Shown: one piece after another, positions 8,327 to 18,524 of the stretch
Layout of the letters: each line of letters opens with the position of its first letter
Position numbering within the stretch: the first letter of the stretch is position 1
Source of the DNA: Roseibacillus sp.
Lineage (GTDB): Bacteria > Verrucomicrobiota > Verrucomicrobiia > Verrucomicrobiales > Akkermansiaceae
Length of the DNA: 64,000 nucleotides
Reading direction: 5' to 3'
Assembly: GCA_051251855.1 (NCBI GenBank)
Contig: JBPOGI010000004.1
Coordinates: 396,675 to 460,674 of the forward strand
Notes under the pieces: generated by a model
Database searches by the model: none
Seen by the model: the letters and a program-made list of their open reading frames with translations, nothing else
What the model was told of the DNA's origin: nothing
Position numbers and translations under genes: made by a program

Positions 8327-11300
8327 ATGTTTCGACTACTTCTCTTCGCCCTTCTATGCGGCCCTCTTTTCGCGGCCGATGGACAACTCCCCCAAATCGT
8401 CTGCCGCGATGCCCGAGGTCAGTCCTTTCCGCTCGACCTCGAACGCTTCGAGATGAAGGTAGCCATTCACGAGGACCTTGCCGAAACCACCCTCACCCTC
8501 ACCTTTCGAAATGACACCAGCCGCCAACTCGAAGGGGACTTCCTCCTTCCATTGCCCCCAAACTCCAATATTTCAAGCTATGCCCTCGAGGTGAATGGCG
8601 CTTTTCGCGAAGCCGTTGCCGTCGAAAAAGAGCGGGCCAAGCTCGCCTACGAAACCATCAAGCGCCGCGGAATCGACCCCGGCATCGTCGAGAAAGAACC
8701 CGACAACCTCTATCGCACCCGCATCTTCCCCATCGAACCCCGCAGCACCAAAAGCGTGCGCATCTCCTACCTCGAATATCTCTCCATCAACGGACCTCCT
8801 CCCTATCGCCCCACCTATCGCTACCCCTTCAACTTCACCTCCGAAGTTGGCACCATCTCCATTCGCATCGAAGAGCCCAATGAAGCCCTCATCGACCACC
8901 CCGATTTAAAGTTCATCGAAACAAGCGAAGGAGCCATGCAAGCCACCCTCCAAAACCAGACCCTCGCCGGGGAACTTACCATCGAGTCGAAAGACCCTCA
9001 TCGTCCCAGCCTGCTGCTATCGAAACAAACCAACAAGCAACAATTCGGCTACCTCACTCTCAGCCACAGCTCCCTTCACACCGCCGAATCACCCCTCGCT
9101 ACTCAACACAATATTCCAAAAGACCTAAAAATCATCTGGGACGCTTCTCGATCCATGAAAGGAACCGACTTCACGAAGGTGCACGCCTACCTCGATGCCT
9201 TCTTCGAAAAATGCCCCGAAGTCATGGTGCAGTTGATTCTTCTTCGCAACACCGCTCAAGAAGCCGGGACCTTTTTTGTCAAAGAGGGCGATTGGAGCCT
9301 CCTCAAAAAGGCTCTTGAAGCCATCTCTTACGATGGAGCCAGTGACTTACAAAACTTCCTTGAGAAGGACCACGACCTCACCTTTCTAGTCACCGACGGC
9401 AAAATCACTCGTTGGCCTAGTAACATCGCGGGCCTCGTTCCAGCTCAACCCATCGTCGCCCTGCTCACTGGCAACCACCATAACACCACTCTCAACCAAC
9501 TCACCATTCGCTCTGGAGGCCACACCCTTTCATTACAAAACACTCCAACAAAGGCCGCTATCACACAATCATTTCAAAAGAACTTTCACGTAAGCTCCTC
9601 CCAACGTGGAATCACAATTCTCCCCCTTCCATCAAATAAGCCTCACGTCTCTCGCTATTTGCTTCGAGGCCGCTCCCTCGCCAATGCCAATCTTCAAGTC
9701 GCATTCGGAAAGAGCACCCTTCAACCCCTCGTCATTGAAAACTCCTCCGCTCCGTTCGATCTCCTGAATCGCCTCTCAGGAATCGCCACCCTCAGTCTAC
9801 TCGAAGACCAAGCAGCATCCCCTTTTGAGATTATTGAACACTGTAAGAAGCACACCCTCGCCTCCGATCACACCTCCCTCATCGTCCTCGAACGCTTTCA
9901 AGATCATATCACTTTCCGCATCCCTCCTCCTGAACCCGATCTCTTGGTCAAGTATCAGGGTGCTCTGAGAAAGGCGGACTCCCGCATGCAAAAGGCTCTC
10001 ACCCAGAACTGGGCGCATACTCTCCGCCTCCATCGACATCATTTTCCCGGAGCTGAATTCTTAGTCTTAGAAGACCTCCAAAGACTAAGAACCTTTACCG
10101 AAGCCCAAGATCAAGCCTTTGACCCTAAGGACCTAGACCCCCAAGTGACACAATCACTGGCTGACTGGAAGAAAGAGGCACACCAACTCCTCAAAAAACA
10201 GCAGATGAAGCCCATAGACGAAGAATGGCTTAAAGAGACCTCCGCTTTGCGAGCGAAAGCAGCCGAACTTGGCAAGTTGACAGCAGCCCCCCGAGACACC
10301 GTCGCCATTTCCGTGCGAGGTTTTGTCAAATCTCCTGGCACCTTTCGCTATTCCAGCCCCATCACTCTGAAAGAAGCGGCCGAAAAATCGCGGCCCTTTT
10401 CTCAGGACAACCTCGGTAGGGTTGCACTCTACCGATCGGGCACCAAGACGGTCTACAACACTCTCTCAAAAAACTACCAAGACCTTTCCCTACTCCCCGG
10501 TGACATGGTCGTCGTTGAAGAGTTGCATCGTCGTTGGGCCGATTCGGATCCGTTTTTTGGGGGCGACCTACCCAGCCTAGAAAACGAACCAGCCGTGATC
10601 TCGGCTCCCCCGAAGGAACCCATCCCCTTACAAATCCCCACTTTCTCATCCGACCTCAGCGGAGAAAGTCATGCCTTTGGAAACCCCACCTCAGATAAAT
10701 CGCAAGCCTCCCCCAACGAGCCTATCCCCATCGCTCTTCGTGCTTTGACCCTTCACAAAAAAGGCCAAGTTGAAGAAGCCCAGCAACAGCTCTCGAACTT
10801 GAGAGAACTCTTCCCCGGTAACCTCGCAGCACGGCGAGTCGAGGGCTTTGTCTTGGCGCATTGGGGAGATGCTCAGGCCGCTGAAAGCATCTACCATCAG
10901 CTCATCTCTCTCAACTCTGAAGACTCACTCACCACCAGCCTTCTTGCACAACTCATGGTCACTCGGGATGAAACAGCGGAAGCCCTTGAAGTGTATCAGA
11001 CCTTTATCGACGGCTTGACCCAATACCAGAGCCTTCCCGCGACCTCCATCCTCCTCTCTGATCGCAACAACCTCCTTACGAATTCATCTGGAAATGCTCA
11101 ACAAGAACCCCTCCCCCAAGACCTGAGAATCGTCATCACCAACCTCCACCCTGCACCGTCTTTCGCTATCTCGGTCACCGACCCTTTCGGACTCACTTCA
11201 GATCGACATAAACCTTCCCTTACCGGCGTCCTCATCAAGTCCACCATTGGACTGACTGAGGTCATTGACCGCGAGGCGAGCAAAGGCACCTACAAACTTG

Positions 11301-11449
11301 CAGCTCGCTGCAATCGAAAGCAATTGTTAGAAATCACCATTTACCGTAACTTCGGAAAAGCAGAAGAAAATGTTACTCGGCGAATCGTTTCGCTACCAGC
11401 AAGCGGTGGAAGCGAACTCACCCTCCTCGAGTCAATCGAGATACAATAG
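8327..11449 (+). CDS. VIT-domain protein with vWA-like, SLBB-like and TPR regions
   Basis: Signal peptide; VIT (AETTLTLTFRN...LEG.F.LPLP...YALEVNG); DASRS..TDG MIDAS-like motif; ISVRGFVKSPG...L.PGD.VVV; C-terminal helical repeats. Confidence 0.8.
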   Translation: MFRLLLFALLCGPLFAADGQLPQIVCRDARGQSFPLDLERFEMKVAIHEDLAETTLTLTFRNDTSRQLEGDFLLPLPPNSNISSYALEVNGAFREAVAVEKERAKLAYETIKRRGIDPGIVEKEPDNLYRTRIFPIEPRSTKSVRISYLEYLSINGPPPYRPTYRYPFNFTSEVGTISIRIEEPNEALIDHPDLKFIETSEGAMQATLQNQTLAGELTIESKDPHRPSLLLSKQTNKQQFGYLTLSHSSLHTAESPLATQHNIPKDLKIIWDASRSMKGTDFTKVHAYLDAFFEKCPEVMVQLILLRNTAQEAGTFFVKEGDWSLLKKALEAISYDGASDLQNFLEKDHDLTFLVTDGKITRWPSNIAGLVPAQPIVALLTGNHHNTTLNQLTIRSGGHTLSLQNTPTKAAITQSFQKNFHVSSSQRGITILPLPSNKPHVSRYLLRGRSLANANLQVAFGKSTLQPLVIENSSAPFDLLNRLSGIATLSLLEDQAASPFEIIEHCKKHTLASDHTSLIVLERFQDHITFRIPPPEPDLLVKYQGALRKADSRMQKALTQNWAHTLRLHRHHFPGAEFLVLEDLQRLRTFTEAQDQAFDPKDLDPQVTQSLADWKKEAHQLLKKQQMKPIDEEWLKETSALRAKAAELGKLTAAPRDTVAISVRGFVKSPGTFRYSSPITLKEAAEKSRPFSQDNLGRVALYRSGTKTVYNTLSKNYQDLSLLPGDMVVVEELHRRWADSDPFFGGDLPSLENEPAVISAPPKEPIPLQIPTFSSDLSGESHAFGNPTSDKSQASPNEPIPIALRALTLHKKGQVEEAQQQLSNLRELFPGNLAARRVEGFVLAHWGDAQAAESIYHQLISLNSEDSLTTSLLAQLMVTRDETAEALEVYQTFIDGLTQYQSLPATSILLSDRNNLLTNSSGNAQQEPLPQDLRIVITNLHPAPSFAISVTDPFGLTSDRHKPSLTGVLIKSTIGLTEVIDREASKGTYKLAARCNRKQLLEITIYRNFGKAEENVTRRIVSLPASGGSELTLLESIEIQ

Positions 11450-11450
11450 C

Positions 11451-13679
11451 TTAAACCGCCCTATGCGTCTCACTCTGTGGCGCTGGGGCAGGAGCCGGCA
11501 TAGGCTCATTCTCACCTTTGGGTGATACTTCGCGAACTTCGGAGGGGTAGCTCACTGGTTCGATAACAGGACCTCGGTCTCCACGACGACGGCGGCGCCC
11601 GCCATCGTTCCAAATAAAACCAGTGACATTCGCACCTGCCGAAACAAGGATTTCTCCCGTCTCTTTAAGGTGACGATACTTTCCTTTGCCCTTCTGAGCC
11701 ACAAGATAGGTTGCTCCAATATGGCGAGCCACCGCCTGCACATCATCGCACTCGAGGGCCGAAGACATATCAAAAATCACACGATCAACCATGGGCGTAA
11801 TCGCCGACAAAAGTTGGCGTAAGCCAGGACCAGAAAGCAGGTCCCCGCTATCTCCCTCAACGCCTCCAGTCGGCAAAAACCAGAGACCAGGCAAGCCCGT
11901 CTCAAAGAGAACCTCGGCAGGTTCCGCTTCGCCCATCAGATAAGCAGCTAATCCATGCCTCCCCGCGCGCTGTCGGGAATACTCACGACTCAATCCAGGC
12001 GAACTAAAGTCGGCATCGATCACCAAAGTACGGTAACCTTGCTTCACCATCGTTCGGGCACACTTCATCACGCAAAGCGTTTTGCCATCACCATCGAACG
12101 GACTTGCAAAAAGAAGGCTCTGCATTTGCTCCTCACCCTCGCGAGGAGTGGGAGTATAGCGCGCAAGGTGAGCTGGCCGATTGAGCATCGCCATTCCATC
12201 ACCCGACACGCTCAGATCATTGATAACATCTCGTCCATAGACAGGAAGGCGAGCCAGCATCGGCACACGCAACTTCCTTTCCAACGCACTTGGCTCCCGA
12301 ACACGTGGATCCGATATTGCAAATAGAAGAGCAAGCCCCGTCCCTAACAGACCTCCAAGAAAACAACCTACCAAGACCAATCCCAATTTATTAGGCGCAC
12401 TTGGCTCTACCGGCACTAGTGGGTGGGCATCCCAACTCAAGAACGAGGCACTGAGAGCTGCTCCAATCTGAGTTTCCTGCAACTGCATCGCAACCCGGGA
12501 ATGCAAATTGCGATCAATCTCAGCCGCTCTTGTGAGCTGTGAGAACTCCTCCCTAATTCCCTCATCATTAATGGCATCAGTCTTCGCCTCCTCAACCAAC
12601 CCTTTCAGCTCTTTTTCGCGAGAAAGCGAAACTTTCAAGTCGTTCTCGAGGCCCGCTTCAGCCTCAGCCAACACCTGAGCTAGGCTTTGCTCCAAGCGCT
12701 TCAATTCATTGTCGGCCTCAATAAAAGTGGGATGCTTATACTTGTAGCGCTCCTTGATTTTCGCAAACTCCGCCTTCTTGGCCGCAATGTCCCCTTCTAG
12801 CGCTAGCACCAATTGACCCCGCTCTCCTCGCGCTGCCAAATTAGGTGCAGAGACTCCATCGGGCCTTGCCGCCAATGCTCGAAACTGAGTATCCAGACGT
12901 AGCCGCTCATTTTCCGCTGTCGAGAGTTCCTGATTCAGCAATTCAAGCTTACTCGTCTGTAATCTTTCTTGGTCTCCGCTCAGTCCAAGGACCGAGTTCT
13001 CTGCTCGAAATTCTTGCAGACGCTTTTCAGACTCCACCATCTTCTCCCGCATCCGCTGCTCTTGCGCTGCCAACTGGGCAGTCGTCTTGGTGACCAAATC
13101 ACTCCGGCCTCCATCCTGCCAATCCTCGTATTCTTCGACGATACTCTCCACAATGAGAGAGGCTCTTTGCGGGTCGGTATCTTTTACCTGAATATCCATC
13201 AGGCGAGTGCCCTTTCGCAACTCAATCGAGACCCGAGAACTCAGCGTATCCAGAATCGCCTGAGGCTCGAGTCCGCCCGCTTGAAAAAGTGGGTCCGAAG
13301 CCAAATTATGTTTCTCCGCAACGCGCAACAGGACAGTTGCGGAGAGAAGACCTTGCTCCACCGTCTTCATCTTCTCCAAGTCGTTCGATCCTTCTTGCGC
13401 AAGAGGATTGCCCGAGAACACCTCTGGAGCCTTGGTCTTAATGTAGAGACTACCATACGACGTGTAGAGCACTGGCAGTGTGGAGACGTAATAGAACATT
13501 CCAATTGCGCCTATGATGAAGCAAACCACAGGTATCCAACACCAGCGGATGACCGCATTTAGAACCTCTCGAAAATCAATCTTGGGCATCTTCGCAGCAG
13601 CTGGGGGCAAAGCCTGAGTAGGCTCTTGCGCCGTCTGCTCCGAAGGAAGCTGATTGGATTGTGGAATTAGTGAACTCAC
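11451..13679 (-). CDS. Polysaccharide co-polymerase, Wzc/GumC-like, with a degenerate kinase domain
   Basis: Two TM helices flanking a coiled coil; KYKHP; PVEPSAPN; SPFDGDGKT; VIDAD; no C-terminal Tyr cluster. Confidence 0.88.
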   Translation of the reverse strand: MSSLIPQSNQLPSEQTAQEPTQALPPAAAKMPKIDFREVLNAVIRWCWIPVVCFIIGAIGMFYYVSTLPVLYTSYGSLYIKTKAPEVFSGNPLAQEGSNDLEKMKTVEQGLLSATVLLRVAEKHNLASDPLFQAGGLEPQAILDTLSSRVSIELRKGTRLMDIQVKDTDPQRASLIVESIVEEYEDWQDGGRSDLVTKTTAQLAAQEQRMREKMVESEKRLQEFRAENSVLGLSGDQERLQTSKLELLNQELSTAENERLRLDTQFRALAARPDGVSAPNLAARGERGQLVLALEGDIAAKKAEFAKIKERYKYKHPTFIEADNELKRLEQSLAQVLAEAEAGLENDLKVSLSREKELKGLVEEAKTDAINDEGIREEFSQLTRAAEIDRNLHSRVAMQLQETQIGAALSASFLSWDAHPLVPVEPSAPNKLGLVLVGCFLGGLLGTGLALLFAISDPRVREPSALERKLRVPMLARLPVYGRDVINDLSVSGDGMAMLNRPAHLARYTPTPREGEEQMQSLLFASPFDGDGKTLCVMKCARTMVKQGYRTLVIDADFSSPGLSREYSRQRAGRHGLAAYLMGEAEPAEVLFETGLPGLWFLPTGGVEGDSGDLLSGPGLRQLLSAITPMVDRVIFDMSSALECDDVQAVARHIGATYLVAQKGKGKYRHLKETGEILVSAGANVTGFIWNDGGRRRRRGDRGPVIEPVSYPSEVREVSPKGENEPMPAPAPAPQSETHRAV

Positions 13680-13716
13680 GAGTAAAATGGGGGGAAATCG
13701 ATAGCGATCGCGACGA

Positions 13717-14295
13717 TTAAAAGAAACCTTCTGGCACCCAAATGAAATCGTCTTTCTTCAAAACGATGTCGTTCTTTTTACCAGAAATAATATCCTTCAA
13801 ATTGATGAATTGAGCTTTGCCCGTCGAACCAGACGTCAGAGTAATTTTTTTGAGGTTGGCAACATCATTAGCGCCCCCCGCCATACTGATGACTTGCCTG
13901 AGAGTGAGAGACTGACCATGAGGCAGTGTGAAAACCCCAGGCCGGTTCACCTCACCATCAACACTCACGGTATGGATCTGCCGTTTGGTGATTCGAACAG
14001 TGACCTCAGGGCGGACCAAATAACCATCCAACAACTTCTTCTCAATGAGAGTCTCCGCACTCGAAGTCGTCTTCCCCGCCAAGCTCACCGAACCAATCAA
14101 AGGAATCGTAATCGAGCCATCCTTCGCCAATTGCACATTTGTATTCAAATCCGGCTCGCGATGAACCGAAACACTCACCGTATCCGAAGACGAAATAAGG
14201 CCACTCATTCCAGCGTTAGGTGCCTCAACCTGCGCCACTACCGAACCCAGCAGGACAGTGAACATGAATAGACCCAGCGTAAAAAAATTTCTCAT
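13717..14295 (-). CDS. Short polysaccharide export (OPX) protein, Poly_export + SLBB
   Basis: D.VSVSVHREPDL...DGSITIPLIG.V..AGKT...YLVRPEV; V.GEVNRPG...AGG. Confidence 0.9.
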   Translation of the reverse strand: MRNFFTLGLFMFTVLLGSVVAQVEAPNAGMSGLISSSDTVSVSVHREPDLNTNVQLAKDGSITIPLIGSVSLAGKTTSSAETLIEKKLLDGYLVRPEVTVRITKRQIHTVSVDGEVNRPGVFTLPHGQSLTLRQVISMAGGANDVANLKKITLTSGSTGKAQFINLKDIISGKKNDIVLKKDDFIWVPEGFF

Positions 14296-14300
14296 TATTG

Positions 14301-15560
14301 TTAGAATCGGTAGTTCATTGAGACACCCAGCTGCTGATTACTGTAGCCAAAGTCCGAGTCGGTGGAGTCACTCTTGGACCACTGATAGAGAACGACGAGC
14401 TCTGAGTCCTCACCAAAGGAGTAACGCAAAGACGGTCGCACATAGGTGATGGTATCCTCTCGTCCCGACTCAGGGAGTCCTGCAATACCAAAGTAATCTG
14501 TCGTCTCACGACCAACCTCGAGTCCAACACTCCAACCATCTCGCAATCGCTGGTTGACTCCTGCCCGAATCCCCATGAGTTGGAAGTTCTCCCCTTCCAA
14601 CGCAGCTGACGCCTCTTCCCGTCGATAAGCTTCGAGGTAGAGAGCAGTCTTGGCCCGAGGTGTCCAATCTACGCGTGCCGCCAAATACGGCTCAACTCCC
14701 GATCCAACTTCATAATTGCGATACTCCATCCCTCCCTCTAAAGAAAAACTCACTTTGGAACGTGGACTCCAAAGAGCCTGTAATCCTAGCCGGTGAAACG
14801 TCTGCTTGCCCGAGCCATCGACCTCTACTTGTCCGAAACGGTAAGCAGCTTCCACCTGCGTCTTGCGCGAGTGACGATAGCGAGCTGCGATCCCTGCAGA
14901 TGATTGATAGAAGTCAAAGAAGGCTGGCTCTACCTGATCCACTACAGCCCGATCCGCAAAAAACTCATAAGACACCTTTCCCTTGGGGGTGTATGTCACT
15001 CCTGCGCGCCCCCCCCATTCGTGTCGATCAGAAGCGCCTCCAATATCAGCACTGGGACTTCCAACCTTCGCCCAGCCTGCCGAATACGCGAGGGAAAGCG
15101 TCTTCCCTTTGACTCCGCCATCGACCGAAACACGATGGTCAATACGGCTATCTTCGGTTTGAGCAAAATAAACAATCGCTGCCGCCTCATAGGCGAGTCT
15201 GACCCAAGTGCCGTCTTTCGAGCCTGCAGTCCAACCTACGGAGGGCTCCAATTGAGCAACCAGACTACTGGTCTCGTTATCAGGAGTCTGAAAAATGTTG
15301 TTGTCGTAGGCGAGGGAAGAAACGAGGGAAATGTCTAACCCCTTCTTGAAGGAGACCTTTTCAGCTCCCTGACTCCGCACCGCACGACGATCCAGCTTAT
15401 TATCCATGCGTTGGTCAGTACGACCTTGACCTATTGCCATGATAGAGGACCCCGCCAAACAGACAGAGACGATACCTGCACCACGAAAAAAGAATATTTT
15501 TTGGAAAAACGCCACGAAGATGGCCCAGATTATAAAATATCGCTCAAAAAAACAAATCAT
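14301..15560 (-). CDS. Outer-membrane beta-barrel protein associated with polysaccharide export (BBP2-like); start uncertain (GTG 15515 possible)
   Basis: YDNNIF motif, alternating amphipathic strands, C-terminal YRF; directly upstream of OPX and Wzc. Confidence 0.85.
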   Translation of the reverse strand: MICFFERYFIIWAIFVAFFQKIFFFRGAGIVSVCLAGSSIMAIGQGRTDQRMDNKLDRRAVRSQGAEKVSFKKGLDISLVSSLAYDNNIFQTPDNETSSLVAQLEPSVGWTAGSKDGTWVRLAYEAAAIVYFAQTEDSRIDHRVSVDGGVKGKTLSLAYSAGWAKVGSPSADIGGASDRHEWGGRAGVTYTPKGKVSYEFFADRAVVDQVEPAFFDFYQSSAGIAARYRHSRKTQVEAAYRFGQVEVDGSGKQTFHRLGLQALWSPRSKVSFSLEGGMEYRNYEVGSGVEPYLAARVDWTPRAKTALYLEAYRREEASAALEGENFQLMGIRAGVNQRLRDGWSVGLEVGRETTDYFGIAGLPESGREDTITYVRPSLRYSFGEDSELVVLYQWSKSDSTDSDFGYSNQQLGVSMNYRF

Positions 15561-15807
15561 TTCACACGACTTGATTAGTTTTCCGAATCAATATGTAGTT
15601 CACACCAAAACCAAACCGCCTAAAATAATGCTTAACCAACTATAAACAAGTGATTTACAAACCCCACGGAAAAGGACAAGAACAAGGAAAACTGTTAACC
15701 AAATTTACGTATTTCTCACAACCTCGAAGTCTGTTCACTAAAAATAACAAGAATTATTTCCCGTTTCGCTTTACCCTACGAACCCTCTCTGGCAGTTCTA
15801 AGTAGCC

Positions 15808-17094
15808 GTGGATTACGTCCGATTTCATTGCCCAGCTTGCAACCACCTCCTTGTCGTTCCTCCGGAAGCGGCCGGCATGACTGGTCCCTGCCCAAACTGC
15901 CAGACCACCATTCAAGGCCCCAATCATTTCAATCCCCCCCAACCCCAGCCTTTGAATCCTCCGCAGGAGGACGTTCCTACTCTCTATCCCCAAGATCCTT
16001 CCGAAGTCGCTCTCTCCTCACCAGTTGCAGAATCGTCTCCTCCCGAAAGAGCTCCTATCGAAGTCAGTTCGCCTGCCCCGATACAAGAACAACCCGAGCC
16101 TGACCCCTCCCCCATCAGAGAACCTCTTCCAGCTTCGAAGCCTTATCCCAACCCTCTTTCCTCCAACCAACGACCATCAGGACTCACTTTTGCGCAGGCC
16201 TTTGCTCTCTGCTTCGTCTCTTCTCTCATCTTTTTCGCCCTTGGCTTTGTTTTGGGCAAGTCCGGCGCCGTCAAGTGGGACCAAATCCTAGAAAAAGCGA
16301 AAGCCCAACAACCTACAGCCTCCTCCGATACCAATCTCTCGACTGATAGGAAAGCTGCCGTCGACACTCCAATCATCCCTTTGGAAGTCAAACCAGCAGA
16401 CCCGACCCAAGAACTGAGCACAGCCCAAGCTACCTTGGAAGCATTCCTCGCAGCAGATACTTGGGGTGCCCGCAATGCCTACGCCCTCAATTCGAAAGCA
16501 GTACTTCCCATGATGGCAGCGAACGCAACCGTTCATGGTGACGGCCCCATCCCTTTCGAATCCATCACCTTGCATACCGAAGGCCCCAATATGCGCGTGT
16601 TTTGGGTGAAGACCAACAACCACCCCCTTCCTTTCAGTGTCGTGATGCTCAAGGAAGACGACTGGTGGCTCGTAGATTGGCCTGGCTTTGCTGACTTTTA
16701 CTATGACCGACTCGGCGCATTTTCTCGAGGTCGTGAAGGCCCGATGAAGGGCGTCTTCCGCGTTCTTTTGAAGGCTGCACCGGGTGAGACCTCGCCACTG
16801 AGCCCCTCCCGATGCCTTGTCCGAGCTCCTCACTCTCCCACATCGTATCAGGTCAACTCTCTTGCTGAATCGCCTGCCCGCCGCAAACTCGCCGAAATCT
16901 TCCAAGCCTACCAGCAAGGAGAACCCGAACGCTTCAAGGATGCAATCACCGGCGATGGAATTCCTCTCATCTTGGAGATTTCCCGCAGCGGGGCCCAGAA
17001 TCCCACCCTACAACTTGAGCAGGTGATAACAACCGGATGGCCTCCTCTCTCTGCACAGCAAACTGAAAAAGATACTTCATCACGCTTTTATTGA
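15808..17094 (+). CDS. Membrane protein with N-terminal zinc ribbon, Pro-rich linker and single TM helix
   Basis: CPAC...CPNC; PQP-rich segment; hydrophobic AFALCFVSSLIFFALGFVLG. Confidence 0.8.
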   Translation: MDYVRFHCPACNHLLVVPPEAAGMTGPCPNCQTTIQGPNHFNPPQPQPLNPPQEDVPTLYPQDPSEVALSSPVAESSPPERAPIEVSSPAPIQEQPEPDPSPIREPLPASKPYPNPLSSNQRPSGLTFAQAFALCFVSSLIFFALGFVLGKSGAVKWDQILEKAKAQQPTASSDTNLSTDRKAAVDTPIIPLEVKPADPTQELSTAQATLEAFLAADTWGARNAYALNSKAVLPMMAANATVHGDGPIPFESITLHTEGPNMRVFWVKTNNHPLPFSVVMLKEDDWWLVDWPGFADFYYDRLGAFSRGREGPMKGVFRVLLKAAPGETSPLSPSRCLVRAPHSPTSYQVNSLAESPARRKLAEIFQAYQQGEPERFKDAITGDGIPLILEISRSGAQNPTLQLEQVITTGWPPLSAQQTEKDTSSRFY

Positions 17095-17153
17095 TCTTAA
17101 AATTGTGTTAATGAAAGGCCTCCCAGTCGATTTTCTTCACAAATCGATGTCCT

Positions 17154-18512
17154 ATGAACGAGGCCCCACTAGAACCTGGTGACGAAAACTCCCACCGCCG
17201 CAACCGCGCTATCACCAGCGCGGTTTTCACGTCTCTTGCTTCCAAAGTGGGAACCGTGGTCTTGCAGTTCGTGTCCATTCCTATTGCTTATCGCGCCTTA
17301 GGCGAAGAAATGTTCGGCCTCTACGCCACGATCGCCGTTTCTATCGGAACCATTATTCTCTTTCAGATTGGAATTGGACCAGCCCTGACGCATGGCATCT
17401 CTCGCGCTCTCACCGCCAAGGACAAACTACTAGAGAAACAGTATTTCTCCACCTCTTGGTTTCTTCTGGTGCTCCTCACCCTGATCGGCGGTCTAGTTGC
17501 CGCTCTGGTTCTGAGCTTCGTCCCCCTCACCTTCTTCTTCGGAGACAAATACGCTGGTCTCGAGTCAAAACTTCTTCCCGGCCTATGGCTGGCCCTAGGC
17601 ATTGTCCTCCTTGAGTTCATTCTCAGTCACACTGAGCGCGCTCGCGAAGGCTTTCTCCAAGTTCACATCAACAATCTCTTTGGAGCTGCTGGAAACATCC
17701 TTGGCGCAATTACGATTGCAATTGGTATTCACTTCTTTCAAACCATTGAGTTCCTGATCCTCGCCATCTTCGGAACGCGCGCACTAGTTCGCATCGCCAA
17801 CACCATCTACCTGTTTATCCAGAGGCCCGACCTCTTCCCGAAGATCAGCCTATTTGAAAAGCCACTTGCTCGTGAAATGCTCTCCGATGGTTTCGCCTTC
17901 ACCGTCTCTCAGTCCTTAACAGGAATCATTGAAATAAATGGCTGCGGCCTACTTGTAGCTCGTTTCGGAGGCCCTATTGCCGTAGGTCACTTCCAGATCC
18001 TCATGCAACTATCTACCTTGATGCTTGGGATCATCATCATGTTCACCACACCCACTTGGCCTGCGGTCGTCGACGCTTTCACCCGCCGAGATTTCGACTG
18101 GGTCAAGCGCGTCACCAAACGCCTCTGGCTTCTGGTTGGAGGATACTGCGGCGCCGTAGTCATTGGTCTTCCTCTCGTTGGTTCGTTTGTTCTCCCTCTC
18201 ATTTTTGGCCCAGAATTTCAGGTGACATGGCAAGTGCTCCTCGCCTTCGCTCTCTACTTCTCGATCTCCTCATGGGGACACACCAACAACGCCCTCCTCA
18301 TCGGTGTAGGCCTCGTCAAGCGAGCCGCCGTCTTCTCCCTTCTGGAAACCAGCATCCTGCTCATTCCCGCCGCGCTTGGCATCTACTTCTTTGGGCTTCC
18401 CGGCTTATTCACTGGCATGGCTATCGCGATGGTCGCCATCACAGGCTGGCTCTTTCCTCTCATGCTCATGAATCGAATTCGGAGCAAGTCTCTCACCCTC
18501 GCGACAATCTAA
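17154..18512 (+). CDS. wzx: Wzx-type oligosaccharide flippase
   Basis: About 12 TM helices; P..YR.LG.E.FGLY motif; glycosyltransferase context. Confidence 0.85.
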   Translation: MNEAPLEPGDENSHRRNRAITSAVFTSLASKVGTVVLQFVSIPIAYRALGEEMFGLYATIAVSIGTIILFQIGIGPALTHGISRALTAKDKLLEKQYFSTSWFLLVLLTLIGGLVAALVLSFVPLTFFFGDKYAGLESKLLPGLWLALGIVLLEFILSHTERAREGFLQVHINNLFGAAGNILGAITIAIGIHFFQTIEFLILAIFGTRALVRIANTIYLFIQRPDLFPKISLFEKPLAREMLSDGFAFTVSQSLTGIIEINGCGLLVARFGGPIAVGHFQILMQLSTLMLGIIIMFTTPTWPAVVDAFTRRDFDWVKRVTKRLWLLVGGYCGAVVIGLPLVGSFVLPLIFGPEFQVTWQVLLAFALYFSISSWGHTNNALLIGVGLVKRAAVFSLLETSILLIPAALGIYFFGLPGLFTGMAIAMVAITGWLFPLMLMNRIRSKSLTLATI

Positions 18513-18524
18513 TTCTACATCCTT

